Source: Histomonas meleagridis 2922-C6/04-290x (taxonomy: Eukaryota; Protista; Parabasalia). From it: DNA of 64,000 bases. The stretch lies in contig JAANOX010000278.1 in assembly GCA_020184695.1 (NCBI GenBank), forward strand, positions 186,001 through 250,000, in the 5' to 3' direction. Below are positions 23,276 to 33,975 of this stretch, piece by piece; the stretch's first letter is position 1, and each line of letters begins with the position of its first letter. Both the position numbers and the translations under genes were made by a program. Under the pieces are notes generated by a model. The model made no database searches, was not told the DNA's origin, and saw only the letters and a program-made list of their open reading frames with translations.

Positions 23276-23539
23276 TGCAAATGAATTTTTGAACACAAAA
23301 TTTCAATGTAAAACAACGGTTATATTAAACGCTTTTCAACAGCAGCACCTCCCAAATTAACTACACGAAAATTGGGTGCGCCGATTTTTCATTGCATTAT
23401 AAAAAAGTGACTAAAAGACAATTTTACGAAGACTTACATATGAAGGAAGAAAAAATAATAACTATTCCAAATTTTAAAACATAACTTCAAGAACAATTTT
23501 ACAAAATACTTACATTTTATTCAACAATAAACATATATT

Positions 23540-26500
23540 TTATTTTTGTACTTCCGCTTTTTTTGTTTCATTGATAAATCTTTTAATTTTATTATATAAA
23601 ACATTACATTCTTTATCATTACCAAATAATTTTTGTATTTCATCATTAAACTTTTCATCTATCTGTGAATACACAGACTTTAATGGCATTGGAGGTGGAG
23701 TTGAACATAAAATTCTTCTAAACAATTCCGTCAAAATTAATTCTTTCATTAAATCATCTCCAAATTCGAACAAGTGAATCAACAAATTTTTAGTCATTGT
23801 AGTGAACAAGTTTTGATTTCTTAATTGATCTATAATCGCAATCATTAAAATTTTCGATATATCGAAATCTAATTTATTAAAAAGATATAAGAAAAATGTT
23901 TTTCCATTATTTTTTTCATCGTTTGAAAAAACATATAAAACTAAACACCAAAAAATTCGTGGAATTCTTTTATTATTCGAAACAAAACATTTCTTTAAAA
24001 CCTCAGCTATATTTATGAAATCATTTTCATTTTTCTCATTTTTTTCTAATAATATATCATCAACGATTATATCAATTCCGAACATTTTTAATGGCTTTTC
24101 AATATCGAAACCAAACGAAGGAATATTATTTTCATTATTTTGATATTCGCTTGATAAAATTATATTTCTAAATTGTATGAAATTTAAAGGAAGTTGTTCA
24201 AGCAACAAAACATAAAACGAAATAAAGAATAGTGGTGCGTTAATTGAAATCCGATATAAAATTCGAGTGACACTCTTATAGAAGACATACGGCATTTCTT
24301 TACATAATGAGAAACATATAACCAAAAAATTAATACAAAACTGATTTGTTTTATATTGATTTAACTTAATAAACTTAGGAATAATCGATTTATGCATCAT
24401 TAATTGGATCCAACAACATGAAAATGATGGAAAATGTTTCGGCTCGAAAAAAGATATAAATTTAATGAGTTTATCTTCGTTTTGAAAAAATAATGAACTT
24501 AATAAACCATAAATTAATCTAAATAATGCTAATGGACATAAAGTAATTGCTTCTTTAGCTATGGATTGAATTGCTTTAGTAGTGACTGATTCTAATAATA
24601 CTTTACCTGAACATTTAGAAAATGATGAACATAAATAATCAACAACTGAATAATCAATTTTATTGCCTTGAATTGGTGAACTAGTTTTTCGTGTCGAATG
24701 TAATGCAAATAATATCAAGGAGCGAATAGAAGAGACTGTTGGCTCTTTCATTTTATCTGTAAAGTCTGAGCGATCATTATCTGTAACACAATAACTTAAA
24801 AATGATCTTAGTAAAGGAATATGACTTTGTTCTGGATATGGTAATTCCTTAATTTTTGGTGTTTCTTTTATGTTTAACAAGATTTTAGTACTTGTAAAAC
24901 TTGTCGAGTTATATTCAAGTAACATAGGCATTAACGGTAAAATTTTTGTTTTCGAAAATTCTGATGTGAAAGGATTCGTTAATAATTCTGAGAATAAAGC
25001 ATTCAAATCCTCGAGATTCAAAAAGTTCTTGAGTTTCAAACAAACCGCTAGGAAACGTTTATTTGGAAAAGTGTTCCTAAAAAATTGTATTATATCGATG
25101 TTATATTGGTTATTTTTCATAATTCTTAGGAATAAGTTTGAAAAATTTAAAGAAATAACATCTGAGTTTGATAAAGAAAGAGAAATTATAGCCCTAATTA
25201 TTGATTCATCAAAATCATCTTCTTGTTGTACTGTTCTAATGTTTGTTGGATGATTTTCGAAATAAATTTTATCAGCAATTTCGACATTATTTAAAGCTAT
25301 TGAGATATCAAATGGCAAAACTGATATATCCGGTTCATAATAAAAATAATTTATTAAAGACGAGTTTTTAGAGTTTAATTCCAAAATATCTTTTTGCTCA
25401 ATAAATTTCGGGTTACGAAACATTTGTATTCCATTTTCCACTTCAACGAATTGGGAAAAACGTGAAGTTGAATTTAAAGGGATATAAAATGTTCTTTTAT
25501 AAAATAATGACAAATCAATTTTTAATTTATTTTCGAATATTTTTATGCTTTCTTTTATATCTGTTCTTAAAGAATCATCATATTTTAAAGAAGCAATTAT
25601 TTCATATAATGAAACAATATAAGGATTTGGCACATTAAAAGATCTCGGAATATAACCTAAAAAGTTCGAAAGGAATAATAACGATTCAACAATAGTACCA
25701 TTAATAATCGAATCCTTTAAAATTTTATGTATCGATATTAATGATAATGGAGGTAAGATTTCGTTCTTTAAAGTAAGTGCTGAAAGCCAAAGTCCCATTT
25801 TTTCGAATTGTGAATGCATATTATATGATTCCCATTGTTTTTCTTTCGCTTGTTTAAACAAGGAATTAATATATAAACATAAAATTTCTAAAAAAAATTG
25901 ATTAACTTTTAATGCTAATGGCGGATTAAATGATAAAAATATTTGTACTATGTAATTAAATTGTTTAACACCTTCCATTTTATTGGCTTCTTCAAGAGAT
26001 GAATAAATGTTTTGACTAAGACTTACTTCTTGGATATCAATGTGTCGAATGGGATATATATTAATGATTGAGTGTGGTGGAAATGATTTTCGTTGCGTTG
26101 GAATAATATAAAAATATTTATATGAAGATGTATAAAAAGGGATTTGTGGATTGATCTTAAGTGAAAAATATACATCTGAATCTAGGTATTGAAGATTGGG
26201 TATTTTTAATATGGAACGACAAAACGATTGATAATTATGTAGTTCTGGAAGAATGGAATGTGCTAATATTAAACAAAATTTAACACCTTCTTGTGATGGT
26301 AAAAGTTTTGTAACTGTCGATAAAAATAAAAATTGTGTTGGTAAAGGAATTAATGAATTTAATATATACCACCCAATTATTGAAACAGATAATTCATTTA
26401 ATGGTCGTTCAAGGAGGATTCTGAGAATGCAAAAAATCATTGATTTTTCTTGTATGTTTGATGATAATTTAATAAGCTCTTGAAAAATTTGATTTGGTTG

Positions 26501-26647
26501 TAAAGAAAGAATTTCATTGGCCATGTTAACTGTGTAATCACTAAAGTCATTTACGTAATGTGATGGATACTTAATTTTCATTGATGGTGAACGTGTTGTT
26601 GAAATTAACGTTCTACATAATCCGTTTATTGGTGTAAATGCAAACAT
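23540..26647 (-). CDS. Not1 (CCR4-NOT scaffold)-like, shortened paralogue
   Basis: C-terminal Not1 motifs: FSCCWIQLMMHK, FIQFRNIILS, IIDQLRNQN, ELFRRILCSTPPP. Confidence 0.7.
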   Translation of the reverse strand: MFAFTPINGLCRTLISTTRSPSMKIKYPSHYVNDFSDYTVNMANEILSLQPNQIFQELIKLSSNIQEKSMIFCILRILLERPLNELSVSIIGWYILNSLIPLPTQFLFLSTVTKLLPSQEGVKFCLILAHSILPELHNYQSFCRSILKIPNLQYLDSDVYFSLKINPQIPFYTSSYKYFYIIPTQRKSFPPHSIINIYPIRHIDIQEVSLSQNIYSSLEEANKMEGVKQFNYIVQIFLSFNPPLALKVNQFFLEILCLYINSLFKQAKEKQWESYNMHSQFEKMGLWLSALTLKNEILPPLSLISIHKILKDSIINGTIVESLLFLSNFLGYIPRSFNVPNPYIVSLYEIIASLKYDDSLRTDIKESIKIFENKLKIDLSLFYKRTFYIPLNSTSRFSQFVEVENGIQMFRNPKFIEQKDILELNSKNSSLINYFYYEPDISVLPFDISIALNNVEIADKIYFENHPTNIRTVQQEDDFDESIIRAIISLSLSNSDVISLNFSNLFLRIMKNNQYNIDIIQFFRNTFPNKRFLAVCLKLKNFLNLEDLNALFSELLTNPFTSEFSKTKILPLMPMLLEYNSTSFTSTKILLNIKETPKIKELPYPEQSHIPLLRSFLSYCVTDNDRSDFTDKMKEPTVSSIRSLILFALHSTRKTSSPIQGNKIDYSVVDYLCSSFSKCSGKVLLESVTTKAIQSIAKEAITLCPLALFRLIYGLLSSLFFQNEDKLIKFISFFEPKHFPSFSCCWIQLMMHKSIIPKFIKLNQYKTNQFCINFLVICFSLCKEMPYVFYKSVTRILYRISINAPLFFISFYVLLLEQLPLNFIQFRNIILSSEYQNNENNIPSFGFDIEKPLKMFGIDIIVDDILLEKNEKNENDFINIAEVLKKCFVSNNKRIPRIFWCLVLYVFSNDEKNNGKTFFLYLFNKLDFDISKILMIAIIDQLRNQNLFTTMTKNLLIHLFEFGDDLMKELILTELFRRILCSTPPPMPLKSVYSQIDEKFNDEIQKLFGNDKECNVLYNKIKRFINETKKAEVQK

Positions 26648-27800
26648 ATTAAAAAGTGGAAAGTGTATTTAGTTAAACAGCATTTAAATTGTATATAATC
26701 AATCACATACTCTTTTTCGCATGATTTAATGAATCTTTCGATGCTCGTTAAATTAATTATCACATATGTTGCAAAATATAAGAAATGTATGGACATCGCC
26801 AGCAAATGCATTTTGTGAATTATCTGATGTTTATCTCTTTGGATGTAAGGGTAATTAATTTTTTATTTGCATAAATATTAAATTACTTCGCTTTTGTTAT
26901 TCTTTCCACAACTTAACTCCATTTGAAGTCAAAATCAGTTAAGGCGGACGAATACTCCGCTCAGCCATCGCAATGCCTTTGCCTCTGTCATTAGTCAAAA
27001 CGGATTCTTATACATAGCCTCATGATGCAGAAATGCCAATGCAAGTCCAGTAGCAATCACTCGCTGGTTATCTCTACTACATCAACTTCATTAACCTTTG
27101 GCACATCTGTAAGCTCCGTCAGCTTAATGATCTCTTTCATGTCCTCCCAAAAGCACATCATGTTATGATAAATCGAAACCATTATATGCAGATGGAGCAG
27201 TTGTGGCGCGTAGTGGTGGTGACAGCACAAAAGATTGAGGTGGAAAAGCCGTGAAGGTGGCGCCTCGGCATATATTTTTCAGCAAGGGATCTTATAATGC
27301 TAAACCAAAGAATTCCAAATAAAGAGATCAAGATTCCACATTTTGTTCTTTTAGGAGATGATAGCACACAATCCGAAGATAATAAAGCCTTTTCATAGGC
27401 ACATTGATTTATGATGTATTTATAAATCCTTAATTATTATTAATCATAAATGATTTATTATTAGTCAATTTTCAAAAATTAAATTTAATTTATTGGAAAG
27501 CAATTCAAAAATTTATATGAGATGTAATATTTTAATATATTGATTAAAACATACCTTAAATATATTTAAAATAAATTTGATAAAAAATTCGAAATTTTAA
27601 AAAAAATTGAATAGCTATATGGTTGGATATTATAAAAATTGAAAGGTGTCACTTTTAACCGCCGTCGACTTTTTGTATGGTTTATTTCGAAAGTGCCAAA
27701 GAAGAACGAAATTTTTAATTTTGCAAAAACGTTTTAATTAAATTCAAATTAAATAATAAATTAAGAAATGTTTAAGGATGAATATTCAAATATTTTATTG

Positions 27801-27917
27801 AAGCGGCCATACCCGATTGGATACATCCAGCTCCATTTCGAACCTGGAAATTAAGCAATCGCGGGCCATATCAGTACTAGGCTGGGAGACTTCCTGGGAA
27901 CGTATGGTGCTGCTTCC
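27801..27917 (+). rRNA. 5S rRNA, copy 1
   Basis: AAGCGGC...GCTGCTT helix I, TTAAGC box A and GTACTAGGCTGGGAGAC box C region, followed by a T-run Pol III terminator. Confidence 0.95.
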
Positions 27918-28084
27918 TTTTTACTTTATTTTTACATTAATATGAAATTATATTTTTTATAGAAATTATTAAATATAAATGTTTTATTTTATTTATTATT
28001 AATAAAATTATTTAAAAATTTATATAAGTAATTAATAAAATTACTTTAATTTTTATAATATTATATTTTTAAATATTTTAACAT

Positions 28085-28153
28085 GATTATTAATGATTAT
28101 TAATGATTGTTAATGATTATTAATGATTATTAATGATTATTAATGATTATTAA
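28085..28153. repeat. (GATTATTAAT)x7 decamer array
   Basis: Seen directly; lies between the 5S terminator and the 3' end of the MLF-like gene. Confidence 0.95.
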
Positions 28154-28209
28154 GTTGTTTAATAAAATAAATATAAAATTTATTTAATTTACATGTTTAT
28201 TTAATAATT

Positions 28210-28743
28210 TTATTGTTGTTCTTTTGTTTCTTTAGGTTCTTCCTTAGTTTCTTCTTTAGGTTCTTCCTTTTTCTCTGTATTTTCTGATTTAATTGCAGGT
28301 TTTTCTTCATTTTTACTACCAATAGTTTCAATACCACGTCTTAAAGACCATTCATTTTCAAATGCATCAATTTCATCTTCACCTACATTATGCCATGTTT
28401 CTTTAGTTGTTTTCTTGCCTTCTTTATCTACAACTTCATCGACTTGAACCCAACGATTACCAATTCTTTTAAAGTTTAGAAATATAAGTCGTTTCTCCAT
28501 CATTAGTTTGTTCACGAATTTCTTAAGTTCTTCTTCTTTAGGTTTTTCTTCTTTTTGTTCTTTAGGTTTATCTTGTTCAATCATATTATTAAATTCTTCA
28601 TCAAATGCATCAGCAAATAAAGAATTTAAACGACGTTCAAGATTATTAAAGTATCTGTTCATCGCATTAAATGGATGATAAACTCTTATTGGTCTGTATT
28701 CCACGAATGGATCATAAAATGGATCAGTAAAATAACCAAACAT
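28210..28743 (-). CDS. MLF (myeloid leukemia factor)-like gene, copy A (118-nt deletion plus compensating +1)
   Basis: RIGNRWVQVDEVVD...HNVGEDEIDAFENEWS resembles the MLF C-terminal motif (IGDR...EEA.AFD.EW). TCATT initiator upstream. Confidence 0.5.
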   Translation of the reverse strand: MFGYFTDPFYDPFVEYRPIRVYHPFNAMNRYFNNLERRLNSLFADAFDEEFNNMIEQDKPKEQKEEKPKEEELKKFVNKLMMEKRLIFLNFKRIGNRWVQVDEVVDKEGKKTTKETWHNVGEDEIDAFENEWSLRRGIETIGSKNEEKPAIKSENTEKKEEPKEETKEEPKETKEQQ

Positions 28744-28998
28744 AATTAAAAAATGAATTAAACTCTTAATTGTTCATTTAGAATAAATTAAAACATTTAT
28801 CAATTGAAATTTTTTTAAATTTAAATGACCGATCAATTAGTTATTAAAAATATCTTTATCGTCCGACTTTTTCTATGGTTTATTCTGAAAGTGCCAAAGA
28901 AGAACGAAATTTTTGATTTTGCAAAAACGTTTTAATCAAATTCAAATTAAATAATAAATTAAGAAATGTTTAAGGATGGATATTAAAATATTTTATTG

Positions 28999-29115
28999 AA
29001 GCGGCCATACCCGATTGGATACATCCAGCTCCATTTCGAACCTGGAAATTAAGCAATCGCGGGCCATATCAGTACTAGGCTGGGAGACTTCCTGGGAACG
29101 TATGGTGCTGCTTCC
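28999..29115 (+). rRNA. 5S rRNA, copy 2
   Basis: Identical to copy 1. Confidence 0.95.
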
Positions 29116-29295
29116 TTTTTTTATTTTATTTTTACATTAATATGAAATTATATTTTTTAAAGAAATTATTAAATATAAATGTTTTATTTATTTATTTATT
29201 ATTAATAAAATTATTTAAAAAATTTATATAAATAATTAATAACAATTACTTTAATTTTTTTATAATATTATATTTTTTTAAATTATATTTAACAT

Positions 29296-29364
29296 GATTA
29301 TTAATGATTATTAATGATTATTAATGATTATTAATGATTATTAACGATTATTAATGATTATTAA
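29296..29364. repeat. (GATTATTAAT)x7 decamer array
   Basis: Seen directly. Confidence 0.95.
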
Positions 29365-29370
29365 GTGGTC

Positions 29371-29915
29371 TTCAATACCACGTCTTAAAGACCATTCATT
29401 TTCAAATGCATCAATTTCATCTTCACCTACATTATGCCATGTTTCTTTAGTTGTTTTCTTACCTTCTTTATCTACAACTTCATCGACTTGAACCCAACGA
29501 TTACCAATTCTTTTAATTTTTTAAATATAAGTCTTTTTTCCATCATTAGTTTGTTCACGAATTTCTTCGAATTTTTCATTACCATTAAAGTATCTTTGTG
29601 ATGAATAAGTTCTATAATAATTTTGTGGTCTATAATTTTTCAGGCTTTTTTTAACAATCTTTTTGTTGTGTTTCTTTTTATTTCTTTCTTAAGTTCTTCT
29701 TCTTTAGGTTTTTTTCTTCTTTTTTTGTTCTTTAGGTTTATCTTGTTCAATCATATTATTAAATTCTTCATCAAATGTATCAGCAAATAAAGAATTTAAA
29801 CGACGTTCAAGATTATTAAAAAGTATCTGTTCATCGCATTAAATGGATGATAAACTCTTATTGGTCTGTATTCCACGAATGGATCATAAAATGGATCAGT
29901 AAAATAACCAAACAT
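29371..29915 (-). pseudogene. MLF-like copy B: frameshifts, internal TAA and a 3' deletion of about 170 nt
   Basis: Alignment by eye with copies A and C. Confidence 0.8.
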
Positions 29916-30168
29916 AATTAAAAAATGAATTAAACTCTTAATTGTTCATTTAGAATAAATTAAAACATTTATCAATTGAAATTTTTCTTAAATTAAATGA
30001 CCGATCAATTAATTATTAAAATATCTTTATCGTCCGACTTTTTCTATGGTTTATTCCAAAAGTGCCTCAGAAGAAGAAATTTTTAATTTTGCAAAAACGA
30101 TTTAATGCAATTCAAATTAAATAATAAATTAAGACATATTTAACGATGGATATTAAAATATTTTATTG

Positions 30169-30285
30169 AAGGGGCCATACCCGATTGGATACATCCAGCT
30201 CCATTTCGAACCTGGAAATTAAGCAATCGCGGGCCATATCAGTACTAGGCTGGGAGACTTCCTGGGAACGTATGGTGCTGCTTCC
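30169..30285 (+). rRNA. 5S rRNA, copy 3 (C4G variant)
   Basis: Starts aaggggcc instead of aagcggcc; otherwise identical. Confidence 0.93.
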
Positions 30286-30452
30286 TTTTTAATTTATTTT
30301 TACATTAATATGAAATTATATTTTTTATAGAAATTATTAAATATAAATGTTTTATTTTATTTATTATTAATAAAATTATTTAAAAATTTATATAAGTAAT
30401 TAATAAAATTACTTTAATTTTTATAATATTATATTTTTAAATATTTTAACAT

Positions 30453-30521
30453 GATTATTAATGATTATTAATGATTGTTAATGATTATTAATGATTATTA
30501 ATGATTATTAATGATTATTAA
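30453..30521. repeat. (GATTATTAAT)x7 decamer array
   Basis: Seen directly. Confidence 0.95.
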
Positions 30522-30578
30522 GTTGTTTAATAAAAATAAATATAAAATTTATTTAATTTACATGTTTATTTAATAATT

Positions 30579-31249
30579 TTATTGTTGTTCTTTTGTTTCT
30601 TTAGGTTCTTCCTTAGTTTCTTCTTTAGGTTCTTCCTTTTTCTCTGTATTTTCTGATTTAATTGCAGGTTTTTCTTCATTTTTACTACCAATAGTTTCAA
30701 TACCACGTCTTAAAGACCATTCATTTTCAAATGCATCAATTTCATCTTCACCTACATTATGCCATGTTTCTTTAGTTGTTTTCTTGCCTTCTTTATCTAC
30801 AACTTCATCGACTTGAACCCAACGATTACCAATTCTTTTTAATTTTAGAAATATAAGTCTTTTTCTCCATCATTAGTTTGTTCACGAATTTCTTCGAATT
30901 TTTCATTACCATTATAGTATCTTTGTGATGAATAAGTTCTATAATAATTTTGTGGTCTATAATTTTCAGGCTTTTTAACAATCTTTTGTTGTGTTTCTTT
31001 TATTTCTTTCTTAAGTTCTTCTTCTTTAGGTTTTTCTTCTTCTTTAGGTTTTTCTTCTTTTTGTTCTTTAGGTTTATCTTGTTCAATCATATTATTAAAT
31101 TCTTCATCAAATGTATCTGCAAATAAAGAATTTAAACGACGTTCAAGATTATTAAAGTATCTGTTCATCGCATTAAATGGATGATAAACTCTTATTGGTC
31201 TATATTCCACGAATGGATCATAAAATGGATCAGTAAAATAACCAAACAT
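30579..31249 (-). pseudogene. MLF-like copy C, full length apart from one frameshift in an A-run near 30860
   Basis: Removing one A gives DGEKTYISKIKRIGNRW and an open frame to TAA at 30579. Confidence 0.7.
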
Positions 31250-31501
31250 AATAAAAAATGAATTAAACTCTTAATTGTTCATTTAAAATAAATTAAAACA
31301 TTTATCAATTGAAATTTTCTTAAATTAAATGACCGATCAATTAGTTATTAAAATATCTTTATCGTACGACTTTTTGTATGGTTTATTTCGAAAGTGCCAA
31401 AGAAGAACGAAATTTTTAATTTTGCAAAAACGTTTTAATTAAATTCAAATTAAATAATAAATTAAGAAATGTTTAAGGATGGATATTCAAATATTTTATT
31501 G

Positions 31502-31618
31502 AAGCGGCCATACCCGATTGGATACATCCAGCTCCATTTCGAACCTGGAAATTAAGCAATCGCGGGCCATATCAGTACTAGGCTGGGAGACTTCCTGGGA
31601 ACGTATGGTGCTGCTTCC
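31502..31618 (+). rRNA. 5S rRNA, copy 4
   Basis: Identical to copy 1. Confidence 0.95.
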
Positions 31619-31988
31619 TTTTTAATTTATTTTTACATTAATATGAAATTATATTTCATTAAATCTATAAAAAAAAATTTAAATTATTAAATTTTTATTT
31701 TTGTACAAACATTATATCTTTGATTTGTTTAAATTTTATTAACTATTCGTGAATTTATTTTTCTTAATTTATTTAAACTTTTTTTTTTCGTTTTTCAATA
31801 AAAAATTTGATTTTATTCATAGAATTTGTTTCATTCACTTTATTTACTATGTTATAAAGATATCCAAAAGATTGAATTTGTGAAAATTTTTGATAATAAC
31901 CCCATAATTTAATTTATTCTTAAAAAATATTATAAGATTTCAATTGAAATAATCTAAAATAAAATAATAATTTAAAATATTTGGGTTT

Positions 31989-33608
31989 TTACTTAGCTTC
32001 GAATATATAGCATGTAAGGGCATCACAATTCAAGTTGAATCCGCCATTTCCACTGTATTGTTGACCTGAGATAAGATCTTTGAAGGAGGAACCACCACAA
32101 TTAACATAAATAGTTGTTGGCATTGTACCTGTATTAACAACAAAGACAATTTTTGTTTGTGTTTGAGAATCCCATTTAACATTAATAAGTGCTCCATCTT
32201 TAGTTGAAACGCTATTAGAGCCTCTCCACATTGCTGGATAATTTTGACGAATGTTCATTATCTTTGCAGTATAATCATGTAAGTCTTGTTCATTATTATT
32301 AAATCCTGAGATGTGTCCATCAGTACGTGCAACATTATCACCTGCTGTATTACCACCACAACCATAAGATTGCCAGCAGTCAGCGATGTCACCAACTTCA
32401 TCGCCATAATAAATCGTAATTGGACCAGTGTAAGCAGCTAAACAACCTAATGCGATCTTATAACGCTTCCAATATGAAGGATTGCTTCTATCATAACCAT
32501 ATTTGTTACGGATTAAGTTACCAAATCTCCAAACATCATGGTTTGTAATGAAAAGATTTGGATAAACATCTGATGAATATCCTTTTTCACTTGGTGTTTT
32601 GAATACATTTGTAAGTGTACCAACACCATAGCCACCAGCACCACTTTCTTCTTGTGCTATAACTTGAACAAGGTTATAACGTGATGGGAAATCAAATGCA
32701 GATTTAAGACCATCTTGTGAATATGTTTGTGATTGGATTTCGCTAGCACCACTCCAATGTTCACCAACCATATAACCAAGTGTACCCCATTGTTTGCCTT
32801 GGTTCTTACGTTCATTGCAGACACTTTGAACTGCTTCACGAATTTCATGCCAATAGTTATGACCGTTTTGATAAACTTGATAACATTGATCAAGACGCCA
32901 ACCATCAATTTCATATTCACGGATCCAATATGTTGCGACTTCTTTATAAAAGTCTAAGCTTCCTGGATATGAAACTGGATTACTGCCTCCTTGAGGATAT
33001 TTACCACTTGGTGATCCTTTGACATTACCTCCATGATGACCGAAAACACCATCTAAAAAGATATACATTCCACGGTCATGACAGCCTCTGATAAGATTAC
33101 GAAGATCATCATTAGAACCAAATTTTGGGTCGACATTGAAATAATCAGTTGCAAAGTAACCTGTTGATTGAAGTAATGAACCACCAGTACCACCTGTTGA
33201 ATCAAATACTGGTGTAAGCCAAATTGCGTTGACATTAAGACCTTTGATGTAATCAAGAGCATTAATGATACCTTTGAGATTACCTCTATGACTACTTGGA
33301 CCATAGCCTGTGCAATAACATGATGATCCATCACCTTGGAATGATGAGACCATAATTTGATAAATTGTAAGTGAGTTGAAATCAGTGTTTAATCCATTTG
33401 ATGCTGTTCCAACTGTAGTTGTACCTATTGTTGTTTGTGCTGTAGAAGTTGTTTTGTGGAATGAGATAAAGCCTATTGTTGTGCCAACAACTAAACCAAT
33501 TCCAACGCATAAAGCAGCAATCCAATAATACCTTCTCTTTGGTTTGACTTCTTTTTGGGATTCAATATCCTTTGAACTAAGAAGAGGCTCGTTTTGTATT
33601 TCCTCCAT
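31989..33608 (-). CDS. GH13 alpha-amylase-family glycoside hydrolase with N-terminal type II membrane anchor
   Basis: Conserved GH13 regions FLDGVFGHH, DGWRLDQ (nucleophile D), VGEHW (acid/base E) and FITNHD; TM at about residues 28-50. Confidence 0.92.
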   Translation of the reverse strand: MEEIQNEPLLSSKDIESQKEVKPKRRYYWIAALCVGIGLVVGTTIGFISFHKTTSTAQTTIGTTTVGTASNGLNTDFNSLTIYQIMVSSFQGDGSSCYCTGYGPSSHRGNLKGIINALDYIKGLNVNAIWLTPVFDSTGGTGGSLLQSTGYFATDYFNVDPKFGSNDDLRNLIRGCHDRGMYIFLDGVFGHHGGNVKGSPSGKYPQGGSNPVSYPGSLDFYKEVATYWIREYEIDGWRLDQCYQVYQNGHNYWHEIREAVQSVCNERKNQGKQWGTLGYMVGEHWSGASEIQSQTYSQDGLKSAFDFPSRYNLVQVIAQEESGAGGYGVGTLTNVFKTPSEKGYSSDVYPNLFITNHDVWRFGNLIRNKYGYDRSNPSYWKRYKIALGCLAAYTGPITIYYGDEVGDIADCWQSYGCGGNTAGDNVARTDGHISGFNNNEQDLHDYTAKIMNIRQNYPAMWRGSNSVSTKDGALINVKWDSQTQTKIVFVVNTGTMPTTIYVNCGGSSFKDLISGQQYSGNGGFNLNCDALTCYIFEAK

Positions 33609-33975
33609 TAAAAAATGAAATCAGATAGGGTGTGAAGTGTTTACATTCAAAATGAGAAGAAGGAGGTAGCTTCTCAAAATGAGCGGTTATTTTAAGCAAA
33701 AGCAGGTGCATCACAATTCAAAATTCAAATTAACTCACAATTTCAAAGCTTTCAAATAAACGTTCCATTTTCGCTTGTTGTGGATGATTTTTTGTTTCAA
33801 AAATTTTATTAACAGATTAAACACATTCGTAGTTATTGAAACTGAATACAAAGATTTTTTATTTCTCGTTAAAACTTAATACTGAAGAAATTTAATAATT
33901 AGAATTAGATCACTAATTAATAAAATATTATATAAATAAAGAAAAATTTATTAATAAATTATCACCATGAAAACA

